DNA of 48,051 bases, filler included, from Jimgerdemannia flammicorona (Eukaryota): NCBI GenBank assembly GCA_003990765.1. It is 2 parts of 2 records of this genome, joined end to end, with 100 filler letters (N's around TTAATTAATTAA, not from the genome) between each part and the next. Parts side by side here need not be neighbours in the genome. Positions count along the whole stretch, not along the records: positions 24,083 to 48,051 come from RBNJ01001039.1; 1 more part is not named here. The stretch is one strand, 5' to 3'. Each line of letters begins with the position of its first letter. Position 1 is the stretch's first letter. The translations under genes were made by a program, and so were the position numbers. Below, one piece after another: positions 24,097 through 36,662 of this stretch. The notes under the pieces were generated by a model that saw only the letters and a list, made by a program, of their open reading frames with translations, searched no databases and was not told the origin of the DNA.

Positions 24097-27000
24097 TAGG
24101 GCAGAAGAGATATAGTGTTGACAGAGGGGGGAGCCAGGTGACTGGTCAGGTGGTAGGTCAGGTGACTGCTAGGAGACAGGGGTCTGGAAGTGGGTTAGCT
24201 GGGACTGGTATTCCTGGGGCTGGGCTGGTGGCTGGACTGGTGGCTGGGGGAAGGACTACTAATGGGCTTCCTGGGACTGGTGGGGTAACTGCCAGTATCT
24301 TGAGATGTAAGAGGAAGATGACAATGGTGGCAGGCTCTGATGAACTAGTGGTGTGCCCCTTTTTCCACAAATCAGTGTCAATGTGGGCAATCTCAGTGAA
24401 TTTTCTGGGGCTGAGTCTGTCTGCCAGAGAAGTTTTGGGGCTAGTGGGTGAGGAGATTGCTAGTGCAGAGTCTCTGAAGTTTATTCCTTTGACAGAGGTG
24501 ATAGAGATTGGTTTTGTAGAGGAGGAGGAGATGGTGAAGACTCTGGAGAAAGGATTGATGGTCAAGAGCATCAAGATTGGAATAGTGAGATATCTGAGGT
24601 AGGATCCACATACCATCCACCTGGTGGTAGAAGAGTTACTGACTCTTAGAAGACAGGAGACCAAGGAGATAGTGGCAGAGGTACTGGTGGGCTTTAGTGA
24701 GATGGTTGACTTCAGATTCATGTCCTGGGAGAGGACTAAGCTAAGGAATGGCAACTGTGAGATAATATTAAGGCTGGAGGGCAAGGAGGCCACAGGGCTT
24801 GATAGAGACTGGCCAGAGGTGATTCGAATTGGCAGACAAGAGTGCAAAGTGTGGAAGAGGAAGGGATCAGAGCAAGAGAAGGAGGAATTGTTATTGGCTC
24901 TGGAAGAGAGGGAGACTGCAAAGAAATTGAGAAAAAGGAGATGGAAGAAGTTTGCAAAGGACTGGATATGGGTTTCAATGGATGGGAAGAGGAAGAGATA
25001 GAGGAAAGAGAACTGGGAATGTCTGCAAACAGTTCTCTAGGATTTACAGACAGAGGAGGTAGTAAGAGTGAAGGCAGCCAGGAATTAGATAGAGGAGATA
25101 AAGACAGCCAAGGTGTCATTTTCACAGTTAGATGGTGTAGAGAGTTCAGCTCATATACCAGTGACAGGGAAGTGGGCTGATAAGGAGGAGGTGAGAGAAG
25201 GGAGTTTTGAGAAGATCACCAAGATAGTACCAGAAACTCAAGTGGAGGATGTTTGAATGGCTGGAGCAGCAAATGTCTATTGAGATTACTCAGAGGCTGG
25301 TGAGATTGTATGACTGGAGAAGATAACTGAGAAGGATGACCTAGTGGATGTGGTCTCTGATATCTTAGCTGATAGAGAGATACTTCAGAAGTTGAGTAGA
25401 ACTCTCAGGCTGGCCACTCTGGGGCTATTGGTGATGATGACTAATAGTTGGTACCAGGTAGTTCTTAAGGAGCTTGCAGAGGAAGATATCAAGGAAGTGG
25501 ACATATATCACAGATCTTGGGAGGCTTGGGAGGGATTCCACAATATCAAATTATAAGGATCAAAATTGGTGATGGTGATGGCAGCAGTACTGCTGGATGA
25601 TGAAGAATATGAAGTTGATGAGGCCAAGATGACTGAGATCAGGAAGGTGGTATCAGAATAAGTGGACTCATTCTGTAGCAGTACTAATAGGATATATATT
25701 TGGAGGACAATCTTTAAGAAACAAAAAGAGATAATCTATAGCAGGGCTGAGAAGGTAGTGGCAATTTCAACTGAGTTTTAAACAATTTTATCAATGATGA
25801 TGAACAGTTTGCATATATTATCTCTAAATATCAATAGTCTGCATAATAGAGTTAAGTAGTGGCATCTGTTTTAGTGGCTGAAAGTCAGGAGGTATGATAT
25901 GGTGCTTCTTCAGAATGTTTGAGCTTATGGCAAACAGGACTATGAGGAGTAGTGTAAGAAATAGTATGGCAGTGCTGGTTGGAATAGGTAGGTGGGCATA
26001 TTAGTGGACATTGGTAGAGAAGAATTAATGGAAGTGGAAGTCTATAGTAATTAGATGATTTAGGGAAGACTAAAAGAAGGACTGAGAGATGGACTGGTAG
26101 TGGCCTCTGCCTACCTTCCAGCAGTTGATAGAGAGTGAAAGCAATGAGTAGAGAATTGGCTAGCATAGGAGAGCCAGGTAGAGGTGGGGTTGGACATTCT
26201 GGGGAGAGATTTTAATATAGTATATGACAGAACTCTGGATAGGTATGATGAGGGAGTAGGTGTGGCAGTCTCAGCAGGGCTGACTCAATAGCTCTAGGTT
26301 GAGAGAGATATAGGTCTGGTGGATGGTGTTCAACAGTAGTAAGGAGAAAAGCTAGGGCCCTTTACTCAGTGGCATTCAGTAGGCAAAGGTCTGATGGGGA
26401 CAAGGATTGATTGGATTTTGGTGGCTGAAGGTTGGGGAAATGTTTTGGACATTGTGGAGGCTAGGTGGTACTCTTGGTCAGATCATTAGGAAGTGGAGGT
26501 AAGTGGCAGATTTCAGGTAGTCAGTGGGGGTGAGAGTCGCTGGCAGCTCAATATAGTACTCCTCCATAGGCAGGTAGAGTAGGATAACTTTGTAGAGATA
26601 GCAAAACAGGAGGTGGCAAGATGGAAGGAGGAAGGGCAACAGATCGAGCAGTAGTGGGGTAAATTCAAACATTTGGCTAGTGCCTATTGGTGGGATATAG
26701 GAGAGGTTGCTGAGAGAGAGCAAAAGAATAAGAAGAGAAGAGTGGAGCAAGGACTGTGGTGGCAGTTGAGGTTGATGGAAAAGGGGAATCTGTCTGAAGC
26801 AAGGTACTCCCAGTTAGCTACAGAGTTGGCCAAATTGCAGCTGGATCTTCAGACAGCTGAGGATAGAGTAGTTGATGGCCTACTAGTGAGACTGTGGACA
26901 AGGCAGTTGGAGGAAGGGGAGCAACCTACAAAGTATCTATCAGGCATCTTGAAGAATAGAAAGGTGTAGTATAGCTGGGCTTCTATATTATATGAAGATT

Positions 27001-29829
27001 CACTAGAATTACAGAAATGCTGGATGAGATTTCTGGGCAATGGTGGGATCTCTGACAGAATGGAGGGGGACTAGTGGAGGAAAGGATGATATAAGAAGAC
27101 AATGACAATTTGGTTAGAAGTTGGCTGGTAGTAGCATAGCCTGAAATAGAGGGGGTAATAATGGACAGAGTAGCCCTAGAAGAGATGTTGGAGATATTGG
27201 AGAAAGCACAGACAGCTTTGTCTTTGGGGGAGGATGGGTTGTTATGGGAATTCTGAAAGGAGTTCTGGGTTGAGTTTGGGGACTGGCTAGTTGAAATGGC
27301 AAACTTTGTCTTAAAGAAAAGAAGCTGAATTGACAATAACTCTGTAGGGCTGATCTCTTTACTATATAAGAAGAAGGGGAATTAGTGGGTGTAGCAGAAT
27401 TGGTAGCCAATTATATTACTAAATATAGACAGAAAACTGGTGTCCAAGTTACTGGCTGGAAGGATGCAGCAGTAGATCAGTAGACTGATAAGAGAGGACC
27501 AAAGAGGCTTTGTCAAAGAGAGGCAGATTAGAGATAGTATGGCTTGGATACAGAATGTCTTAGAGGGCTATCAGAGTCAGTAAGTAGATGGGAGGATGAT
27601 CTTCTTGGATCAGGAGAAGGTATATAACAGAGTGTGGTGGAACTATCTTGAGGTGATACTGCAGAAAGCTGGGTTCTATTCTGAGGAGGCAAGGAGGTTG
27701 ATGGGGCTAGTGTGAGATTACTGAGCTGTAGTTCTGATGAATGAGTAGAGTGGCCTAGAGTTTGTCTTGAAGAGGAGAGTATCACAGAGTGACCTGCTCT
27801 CTCCCCTTCTCTATATTCTTTTCTTGGAGCCTTTGTTGGCCTAGCTGAAGGGACAGCTAACTGGATTGCAAATGAGAGATGTGGTCTGGAAACTGGGGGC
27901 ATTTGCTGATGATATAGTGGTTGGACTAGACTGCTTAGAGGATGTAGAATACCTGCAAGAAGGGGTTGGAGAGTATGAGAGGTTGGCAGGTGTGAAATTG
28001 AACTAGGACAAATGTGAGATGATGGAGCTTAGTGTGGGTTTGAGAGAAAATGGGAGATTTGGAAAGACAGTGGCTGCTGGGAATATAGTTCAATATTTGG
28101 GTATCTGGTTTTTGGTTTATGAGACAGTATTGCCAAAAGAGTAGTAGTATAGTATGATACCGAAGTGGGAAGGAGCACTAGCTGGTTGGTCAGAGTGGTA
28201 CTTCTCCTTAATAGGAAGAGTAGTGGTCCTGAATGTATATTAGTTACTGAAACTATAGTATTTGGAATATCATCTGGATTTTTCAAGTTGGGCGGTGCAG
28301 AAGTTGAAGAAGGTGATAGAAGAATGGTTATGACAGAGAATATAGCTGCAGATTGGTTATGAGACAGTGGTATTGAGGAAAGCTCATGGTTATAAAAACT
28401 GGAGCCCAAATGGGAAGGACCCTTCTACATGCAAGATATCAAGGGAACTATGTACCTTCTGGCTTAGAAAAATCTCAGAGACCATACTGCCTACCATAGT
28501 ACATAGGAACAGACTTAAGAAGTACCATGAACCTATATAAGAGAAGCAAAACATAATGACTGCCCATGAGGTTCTAGTCTGTGAATCATAACAGCATGTC
28601 CCGTGACCAGCAGGCTATCTGTCTGGACCATTCTCTAAGGGATATAGCACTGGCAACTACTCATCCATGAGACTTTTGAAGTCAGAGAAGTTTGAACCAT
28701 CAACTGATTGATGGAGGTCTGAGATTGGTGGACTTTTGGAGGAGGTTGAAGGTACTTTGGAGTTGGTGGGATATCAGCTAGTGGAGCTGGGGGAAGAAGG
28801 CTGAGGCAGACTAGCTATGGACAATTGAGAGATCAGGTTCTGCCTCCATGATGAGATCTGGAAGGATATGCAAGGGCTGCTTCAGATAGAAAGAGTCAGT
28901 AGATTGTGGTTTAAAGGGTTCTGGTGGAGTATTGTAGAGACCTGACTGGCTATGAGATTGACAGGGCCAGAGATAAAAGAGGGCAAGAATTTGGAGTAGC
29001 AATAGTAGTAGTTGGAGAATCTGCACATTGGTGGGTACCAGTTGGTGGAGTATTCTCTGTCAGAGATGATGAAGTGGATCAGGTTGAGCCCTCTTGAAAG
29101 ATGGCTGGTGGGCTGGCAGAAGGCTGGGTTTAGGGAGGATTGAGATTGGAGAAAGATCTAAAGCTGGGGAGATTTCTTACTTAAGGTTGTACCACCTAAG
29201 TACTGGATGATATAATAGAGATTTATGAGAAGAAATGTGATACTTAGTTATAAGGTAGGATAGACAGAAGTAAATAGAGATAGAGATTGTGAGTGGTACT
29301 GTGAGGTGGATAGCAGAGTGATGCTGATACCAGAGTATGTTCTGGTAGAATATCTGAGAATAGAAGAGTACTGACAGATACTAGAAGGATATTGGGACCT
29401 AAAGGAGAGGATATTAGGAGAACTCACTGGCCTGGTGGTCAAGAGGTATTTAGTTGGAGTCTCTAGAGATATTTGGGGTAGGCTGAGCTGTATTCTTAAA
29501 GTTTGGGTTTTGATGGTAGTATATTAATGAAGGGTATTTGAGCAGGAACCTTAGATGGAGATAGGGAAATTGATTGAGAGATAGTGATGGCTCATTAGGG
29601 AGATATTGCAAGAATGGTGGTTTCAGGAGAAGTGGCAACAGCTGGAGATTTTGAGAAAGATACAGGATATTATAAAGAAGAGTTATGATAATTTGTGCTA
29701 GATAACTGAGGAGTAAGGTGGAAAGAAGAGATTGGCTGAGAGGTCTTTCTGTATATATACCTTAGTAGTAGTTGGGGTGAGGGTCTTATTTATGTATTAG
29801 ATTCTAGGTAATAAAGGAGCTCAAGAGAC

Positions 29830-29887
<58 letters not shown>
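24097..29887 (+). mobile_element. Near-full-length decayed L1/Tx1-like LINE (ORF1, ORF2 APE-RT-zf, poly(A))
   Basis: ORF1 is homologous to the 46686 ORF. ORF2 from ~25800: SLNINSL, ILGRDFNIV, RIDWIL, SDH, PIILLNIDRKLVSK, RGVSQSDLLSP-like, AFADDIVV. AATAAA then a long A-tail at 29833-29887. Confidence 0.9.
28382..28705 (+). mobile_element. Gypsy/Ginger-like integrase C-terminal fragment inserted in LINE ORF2
   Basis: KLEPKWEGPFY...VHRNRLKKYHEP (GPY/F module) separates the LINE peptides GYETVVLRK and DGGLRLVDF, which are contiguous in the copy at ~38240. Confidence 0.7.
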
Positions 29888-29891
<4 letters not shown>

Positions 29892-30265
29892 TATCTTTAA
29901 ATTTATCTCAAACAAATAAGTAAATATTATAATAGAAATACTCCTGATATTTCAATTCTATCAAAAGAGATTTAATTACTAGAAATAACAAAGCTTTAAT
30001 TTTTTCTATAACTTGAAGAGTTGTAAATTTACTAGTTTTCAATAACTTGAATTTCTGGAAAAGACTATTTGTAACTTCTTGAGCTTTAATAGTACCTAAA
30101 TTCACTCTGGTAAAAAGAAAATATTGAAACTTTTGCAGACTAAATAATTTTTAAAATTAGTTTCTAAGCTACTTTTGATGACATAATATTGAAAATCTTC
30201 ATCACTATTATAATATTGAGCTTTGTTTAGTTCAGTGATACTAGACCTTTTTATCACATCTATAA
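29888..30265 (-). pseudogene. C-terminal fragment of a Sola-like DDE transposase
   Basis: Reverse-complement homolog of ~36235-36615 (QKFQYFLF...GTIKAQE...FKLLK). Confidence 0.75.
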
Positions 30266-30847
30266 TGTGGGGCATACTGCAACAAAACCAGACAAAGTGA
30301 ACATTTCATGCTCAGCTCGAAGATTTTTAATTCGATCCTCTGTTTTGCTTTATATTCCTGAGCAACTTGCACGTTTGGCTACTCACAGCTGTTGCGAGTT
30401 TATGGGATCTTGCTATGTAGTAAGCAAAACACGCATTACTCTCCTCAAAGCCAAACATCAAATTCTCTCAAGTTAAGTGTCTACTCTTTATCTCTCTTTT
30501 TATTCATGCGCCTCTTTTTGTTGCTTGGGCACCACCAATGCCGCCTGGCAGTTCAACACGAAAGGCGACCAACTGGTCACCCCGCCTCCACGAGAAGCGG
30601 CCACTTGATTGGATAGTCAGAAGAGATGCTGGAATTGGCGTTCCAGGGTTTACTTGCAAATCTTCCGTGTTCAACACACGTGTAAGACGAAAGGTTGCAG
30701 AAAGAGCTAACTTCTGGGAGAGTGTCGGTCTTTGTCGCAGGAGCTCCACCACCTCGTCCGATCTTTCAACAAGAAAGGGTGGCAAGAGTCAATATACTGC
30801 AGTGTCAGGGATTGCCTGCGATTGTCATGTATCTCAACATACATGAT

Positions 30848-33773
30848 ATGACTGAATTACTTAAACCTGGATCGGAGCTAGAGGTACATTTAGTAAATAA
30901 TTATAGGACCACTTGTGGCTAATTTTTTTTTTTTTACGTTTTTGATGCACAGATGAACAAGTTTAGATTGAATGCAAGCGTTTGCCAACCCTACACATCA
31001 ATCAGCAAGTTTTTTGCTACGACACCCATTGAGCATTGGAAAGACGTTGATGCTTTCACAAAACACGTATACGAAGAGAATCCTATGACAACAGCGCAGG
31101 AGGTGTTCAATAATTATACTCGAAGCCTCTCTGACATCACGAGGGTCAAAGATACCCCTCCGGCCGTCGCACAGTGCGCTCAAAGACTCAGAGAAGATGC
31201 TGTATGTGGCTTCTATTGTTATCATGTCTTGCGTGATGGACTTCAATCTGAAAATTTTGTTCATAAATGATACAGAAAATGAACCGTTTAAAAACCATCG
31301 GAGATACTTTGCTGGGTATAAGAAGAGAACGGGCGAAAGTAAGTATAAAAGTCATTTTGTTGTCAATAGAAACGTTCTTCGTTAACATAATGTCTTTTGT
31401 AGCGAAGAAAACTTATAACCTATAAAACACGGCGGAATTTTCAAGCCACAGCAATGAATGATAAAATAAATTTGCTAGCTGATGTTTACGCTGATGTAAG
31501 TTTAACAGTTGTAACTATTTTGTGTCAGCATGTAAGCAAATTGTTTGATTTATTTCTACTGGCATACCTTGGTGTACTTCAAACAATAGGAGTCGCCGCG
31601 CAAGGGTGGCGACAGTGACGGAGAGGTTGCGGTTGAGGGATTGATCAGCGGTGAGAGCACTAGTCGTACGTTTACGTTGAATGTTGATCAGGACGAGGAA
31701 GACTCCTCAAACCCTTTCCTCGTCTCTACTACGATCGCAAAAAATTCCGTGGAGGAAGATGCAGGAGGGGATGGGAAAATGAGCGACCAGGATTATGAGG
31801 AAGAAGACGAGTATACAGACGCACAATATAATATTGATGACTTGAAATTAAAAGGCATGTTAAATGCCAGGAAACACGGTCTGGACGGTGATAAGACCTG
31901 CCAATTGAGAAAAAAGGTGAGACCACAGAATAATCCGATTTTAATGTCGCATGTGTTACAGTGTTAACTCATAGAATGGTTCTATGTATTATAGATTACA
32001 ACCATGGATTCCACAGAGGACTTGGACGAGGACGAAAATGTCCCGGCCGTTGTACTTGGTGATACAGACGGTGATAAAATTGTCGATGCCGGAACCAACG
32101 GAAAGGTTATTGATGGTTGGATGCTGCCCGACGGTAGAAATGTCGGTGAATTGTTCACAAAATACAGGGCGACGGTAAAGGAGAGGGACATGTAAGTTCA
32201 AATTTCATGCTAATATAGTAAGACTCGCGCGCAGTAGTGAAACACTAAGAGCAGTGTGCTTAAAATGCATGCCTATCCTATCCTTCCAGATTCGCTGCGT
32301 CCCATATCTTTGACCTTGCTGATGTTGCACTAGTTCATCACGCACGTTCATTGTCGGACGACGACGAATTGTGGAGTGAGATTGAAGATGCGTGGGACGC
32401 GAAATGGGGGAACTACCGGCCTAGTGAACATGTCAGGGAGTATATGACATCATTGCGGAAGGTATGAAGTGTCATTTCGTGAAGCACCGCTCTCTAATGC
32501 TGGATCATTTTCGGCGCTACATCAGCAGTAGTGCCTGAGCAACCCCTCGTTCTCTCCTTTTTTGCGCTGCATTGGTATTTTTATATCCAACTCAATTAAA
32601 CCAATTCCACACCGCCGTGCAGTCGAGTATCGAAGACGTCCGCAGCGTGCTAATGAAACCATACATGAATGATACCTATAACGTCAAACTGCACTATGAT
32701 ATTGAATACGTCCACACTGTAGTTCGAGCCTTGTACGCTTGTTTTTTTTTTCGCTTTATCAGTTCAATTCGATATTGAAGCGTGAATTGAAATATCCACT
32801 CCATATTTTACATAGCATATCAAGGGTCGAGCAAACAATCAACCCACTCCTTGACAACTCGAATTCGGAAGGCTTCTGGCAAGTACATGTCTACGGGCGC
32901 TTGGTAGACGATCTGTTCATGGATATTCCTGAGGTCCAGATCATAAGGTAGGTGTACTTCTCATTATGTATTTGAAGTGGAAATGAATGTACCATTATAG
33001 CCTTTTCTTGGATTTGTTTAGGGGCGAGAAGGCATCTCGCGCGGTCAGCTACAGAGAAAACTCGCAGCGGCAACTTGGTGAAACAAAGGTAGCTGCATCG
33101 AGGTTGGATGCTACAGTCGTAACAAGGGACACGTGGCGTGTGGAGTTTGACGATGGAGGCTGGGCGCTAAGACACTATTGAGGGGCAATCCAAATGGTTG
33201 TCAGATCGGTACAAACTCGCCAGGGGCCTAAAAGACCAGATCGACTTCATCTACAAATTGCTTCCTGGCAGCCAAAAGCACCGGATCACTGAAGTCGAGG
33301 TATTTGGAGTGTTGACATCTGGTGCGTCGAAATTTTGATGTTTACCCGCTCACTAACATATCAATAATCTACTAAAGCCTTTCGTTTTCGTTCGCTTTGC
33401 CGTATATTAGGGCTAGAAGGATCTGTATACGCCTTGGACCTGCCATGCTCCGGTCTATACCGGTTCGGCGAGTTGTTTCGATTTGAATTGCCCCGCCAAT
33501 TTGACACTTACGAACTGCTCATCAAGGCGCTGGCGAGATTTCTCGCCCTCAAGGTCTGTAGACTAATCAGAGGATTGCTGTTTAATGCATTTTGCATGAC
33601 TTAATATTCTCGTTTTACAGGCTCGTCTTCGTGCTGTCCTTGAAATCCTACAAGACATCAAATGGACGAGTACTACTGAGACGCTTCAGGAGCCGGATTT
33701 GTTCTGGTCGCCTAGGAAGAACTTGAGAACTCAGCCAACGCGATCGACACCGCCTTCACCTACTCCATTGTAG
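30848..33773 (+). pseudogene. Multi-exon gene encoding a putative PD-(D/E)XK / restriction-endonuclease-fold protein; one frameshift plus one stop near 33150
   Basis: GT-AG exons splice in frame from MTELLKPGSELE. The C-terminal part reads SEGFWQVHVYGRLVD...RGEKASRAVSYREN...RLDATVV...VEF/TMEAGR*...KWLSDRYKLARGLKDQ...VFGVLTSG...YALDLPCSGLYRF. Confidence 0.65.
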
Positions 33774-34016
33774 AACAAAAAGCGAGCAGCTGTGTTCGGG
33801 AACAGGACAGAGAAGCAGGGTCAAAAGTCGAAGCGAGGAAGAGCGCACTGCCCACCACAAAGTGGTACTCTCAAAATATAGATGGAGACAACAATAGGGT
33901 GCCCATTATCTGAATGCATCGTGGCCAAACCAACAGCGAACCCGTTGGAATCTAAGTTTGAAATTACGCCTCCCCGATCGAATATATAGGACTATCCCTA
34001 TATAAAAAATAGGAGT

Positions 34017-34300
34017 ATGAAACTAATTTACATCAAGTCCATTATGGAACCGAAAATTACAGCACTATCCGAAGCATTTTGAAACAAGAACAAGGTGAGA
34101 AAATTGCTTTTTATATCTTCAAAGTATTCAATACTAAAGCTATTCAAGAATATTTAGATACAGAGAGAATTATTTACAAAATTTACCCACAATTATATGT
34201 TGGTTTCAAAAGTATAAATTTTTCTTATTTATAAGAATTAAATTTTAAGAAGTGAGAATTATTAGAAATTTCTGAAGAATCAAGGAAAAAATAAAAATAT
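34017..34300 (+). pseudogene. Small AT-rich intronless ORF relic, homologous to 46236-46410 (-)
   Basis: MKLIYIKS..EP..YSTIRSILKQEQGEKI...FNTKAIQEYLDTERIIY (frameshifted) versus MILIYIKSTKEPKNYSTIRSILKREQGEKIVPHIFKLLNTEVIQEYLDKERIIY. Confidence 0.7.
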
Positions 34301-34408
34301 AAAGAGTAAAAGATTGTATATATATATGGGTATTTGTTTATAATTTTAATATATTATATAGAAGAAATTTACAAAAACAAACAAACTGTATATAAAATAT
34401 AAATATAT

Positions 34409-36630
34409 GATGAATGACAAAAATCTAACTAAATATAAGAAAGTTCTCTAATTTTTAAAAGTAGAATGTAATTGCAGTTGCTCATCTAAGGTTTCTAAAG
34501 AAGAGTTTGTTGAATTACAGAAAGCTTTTCAAGTACTTTTCAAGCTCAAACAAGATATCTTTTTAATGGCCCAACTCAAGGTAATGGATGGGAGAGTGAT
34601 CTATATTAATTGATATCTCAAAAATAGAGCTTGAGTCAATAAGAGAATTATCTATTACTAGAATTATAATATATCTCTTTGCTAGAAGATCTATTTGAAT
34701 ATACTGGAGATTGGTTGTACCTATTTTGAGAATATCAGAAATCATTTGCTAATTAATAGTCTTTTATTAAGACTCTATAGCAATACCAAAAGGATGTTTA
34801 AGTAAAAAACCGAGATAATTATTGACAAAGATATAGCTACTATAGTCAAGAATTTTCTTATAAATTATACTGAAGTTTATGATTTATCCAGCCTAGTGAG
34901 AAATATTAATTGAGTTATCCAATTAATTAGCTTTTTATCTGTAGAAATGAGCTACAAGTCTGTTTATTATAAATTTTTAGCTGGCCTAGAAGAAGATAGT
35001 ACTCTGTGTATATAGAAATATGATATCTTCTACAAATTGTAGCATCAGCTAACTCTATATATCCAAATTATGAGCCCCTGAATTAATTTATATATACTTA
35101 TTAATACTATAGAATGACTTGCAATTCAAAGCTCATAAAGAGGAAGAGGTCCAAGACTTGCTAAAAAGATATAAAGAGTATCTTGCCAAAGCTAAGTTAG
35201 AGTAAAACTATTATAATAAAAATACTAAGCTAGCAAAAAAATATAGAAAACTGATCAATCAGAATTACAATATAGTGAAAGATGAGATACTATATTACAG
35301 TATTGATGCTGTTACCTATTATAGTTATAACTGAGCTCAAAATGTCTATGTATCTCATTCAGATCAACAAATTAATAAGGTATATTATCTTAATACTCAT
35401 AAAGTACATTTATTTAGTATCTAAGATAAAGTAGTCTGCATGCAAATTAATTATATACTGGATGAGAATGAACTTCTTAGAAAGAGTCCAAATAGTATAC
35501 TTAGCCTAGTCTTTGATAGAATTAAGCAATTGAACCAAGATAAAAGATATGTAAAAATTACTTGTGATAATGTGAGTGGATAAAATAAGAACAATACTAC
35601 TCTTTGGTTTTATTTGTATTTGGTAATTTGTAGGTATTATGAAAGTATTGAATTGAACTTCATAGTTCTGAGCTATAACAAATTTAAATATAATAGTAGT
35701 TTTAGCCTAATTAAAAAGCTTTATTGCAAAACTACAGTTAGTACTCCCAAACGAGTCAAATCAATTCGAATCGAATCGAATTGAGGGTTAAACGAGTCAA
35801 ATCGAATTGGGGATTTTTCAATTCGAATCAATTCAAATCAAATCAAAAGTCAATCGAATTGAGGGTCTGATTCAACCCCTAATTTTCAAAATGCAATAAC
35901 TCAGCATAAACTCATCCAAATCTAACGTACTTTAGCTTGTTAGAATCAAATTAATACGGTGAATCTAACAAGCTAAAATACGTTAAATTTGGATGAGTTT
36001 CCGTCGAGTTATTACATTTTGAAAATTAAGGTTCAAATCGAACTTCGAATCGAATCAAACTTCAAATTGAATCGAACTTTGAATTGAATCAAACTTCGAC
36101 CTTTGATTCGATTCGAATCGAATCGAATTGGACCCTTGATTTGATTGAATCAAATCGAGTTTGGGCCAAATTCGATTTGATTCGATTCGATTTGATTCAT
36201 TGGGAGCACTAACTACAGTAGACTATATAGATCATATTATTAATATAGTAAAAAGGTCTAGTATTGCTAGATTAAATAAAACACAGTATTACAATAGTAG
36301 TGAAGGTTTTCAATACTTTTACATTCTGAGTAGTTTGAAAGTATACTTTAAGAAATTATCTGGTATACAAAAGTTTCAATATTTTCTTTTTATCAGAGAA
36401 AATCCAGGTACTGTCAAAGTACAAGAAATTATCAATGATCTATTCCAAGAATTCAAACTATTAAAAAGTAGTAACTCTAAGGCTTCAAAAGTTATAGAAA
36501 TAATCAAGATCCTATCATTTCTAGTACTAGTACCTCCTCCTATAGAATTGAAACATTAGAAATATCTTTATCATAATATTTGCCCATTTGTCAGAGATAA
36601 TTTAAAGATATTACTTATCTAAAACTAATT
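34409..36630 (+). mobile_element. Decayed Sola-like (DNCxGQNKN-type) DDE transposase interrupted by a MITE
   Basis: ECNCSC, KNFLINYTEVYDL, MSYKSVY, SYN*AQNVYVSHSDQQ...KVHLF...QINYILDE...KSPNSILSLV...ITCDNVSG*NKNN...IELNFIV...FSLIKKLY. Confidence 0.75.
35739..36211. mobile_element. hAT-type MITE, second copy
   Basis: TIRs TAGTACTCCCAA...TTGGGAGCACTA; perfect 8-bp TSD ACTACAGT at 35731-35738 and 36212-36219. Confidence 0.95.
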
Positions 36631-36662
36631 TATATTATCAATGAATAAAACTATTTAATTCT

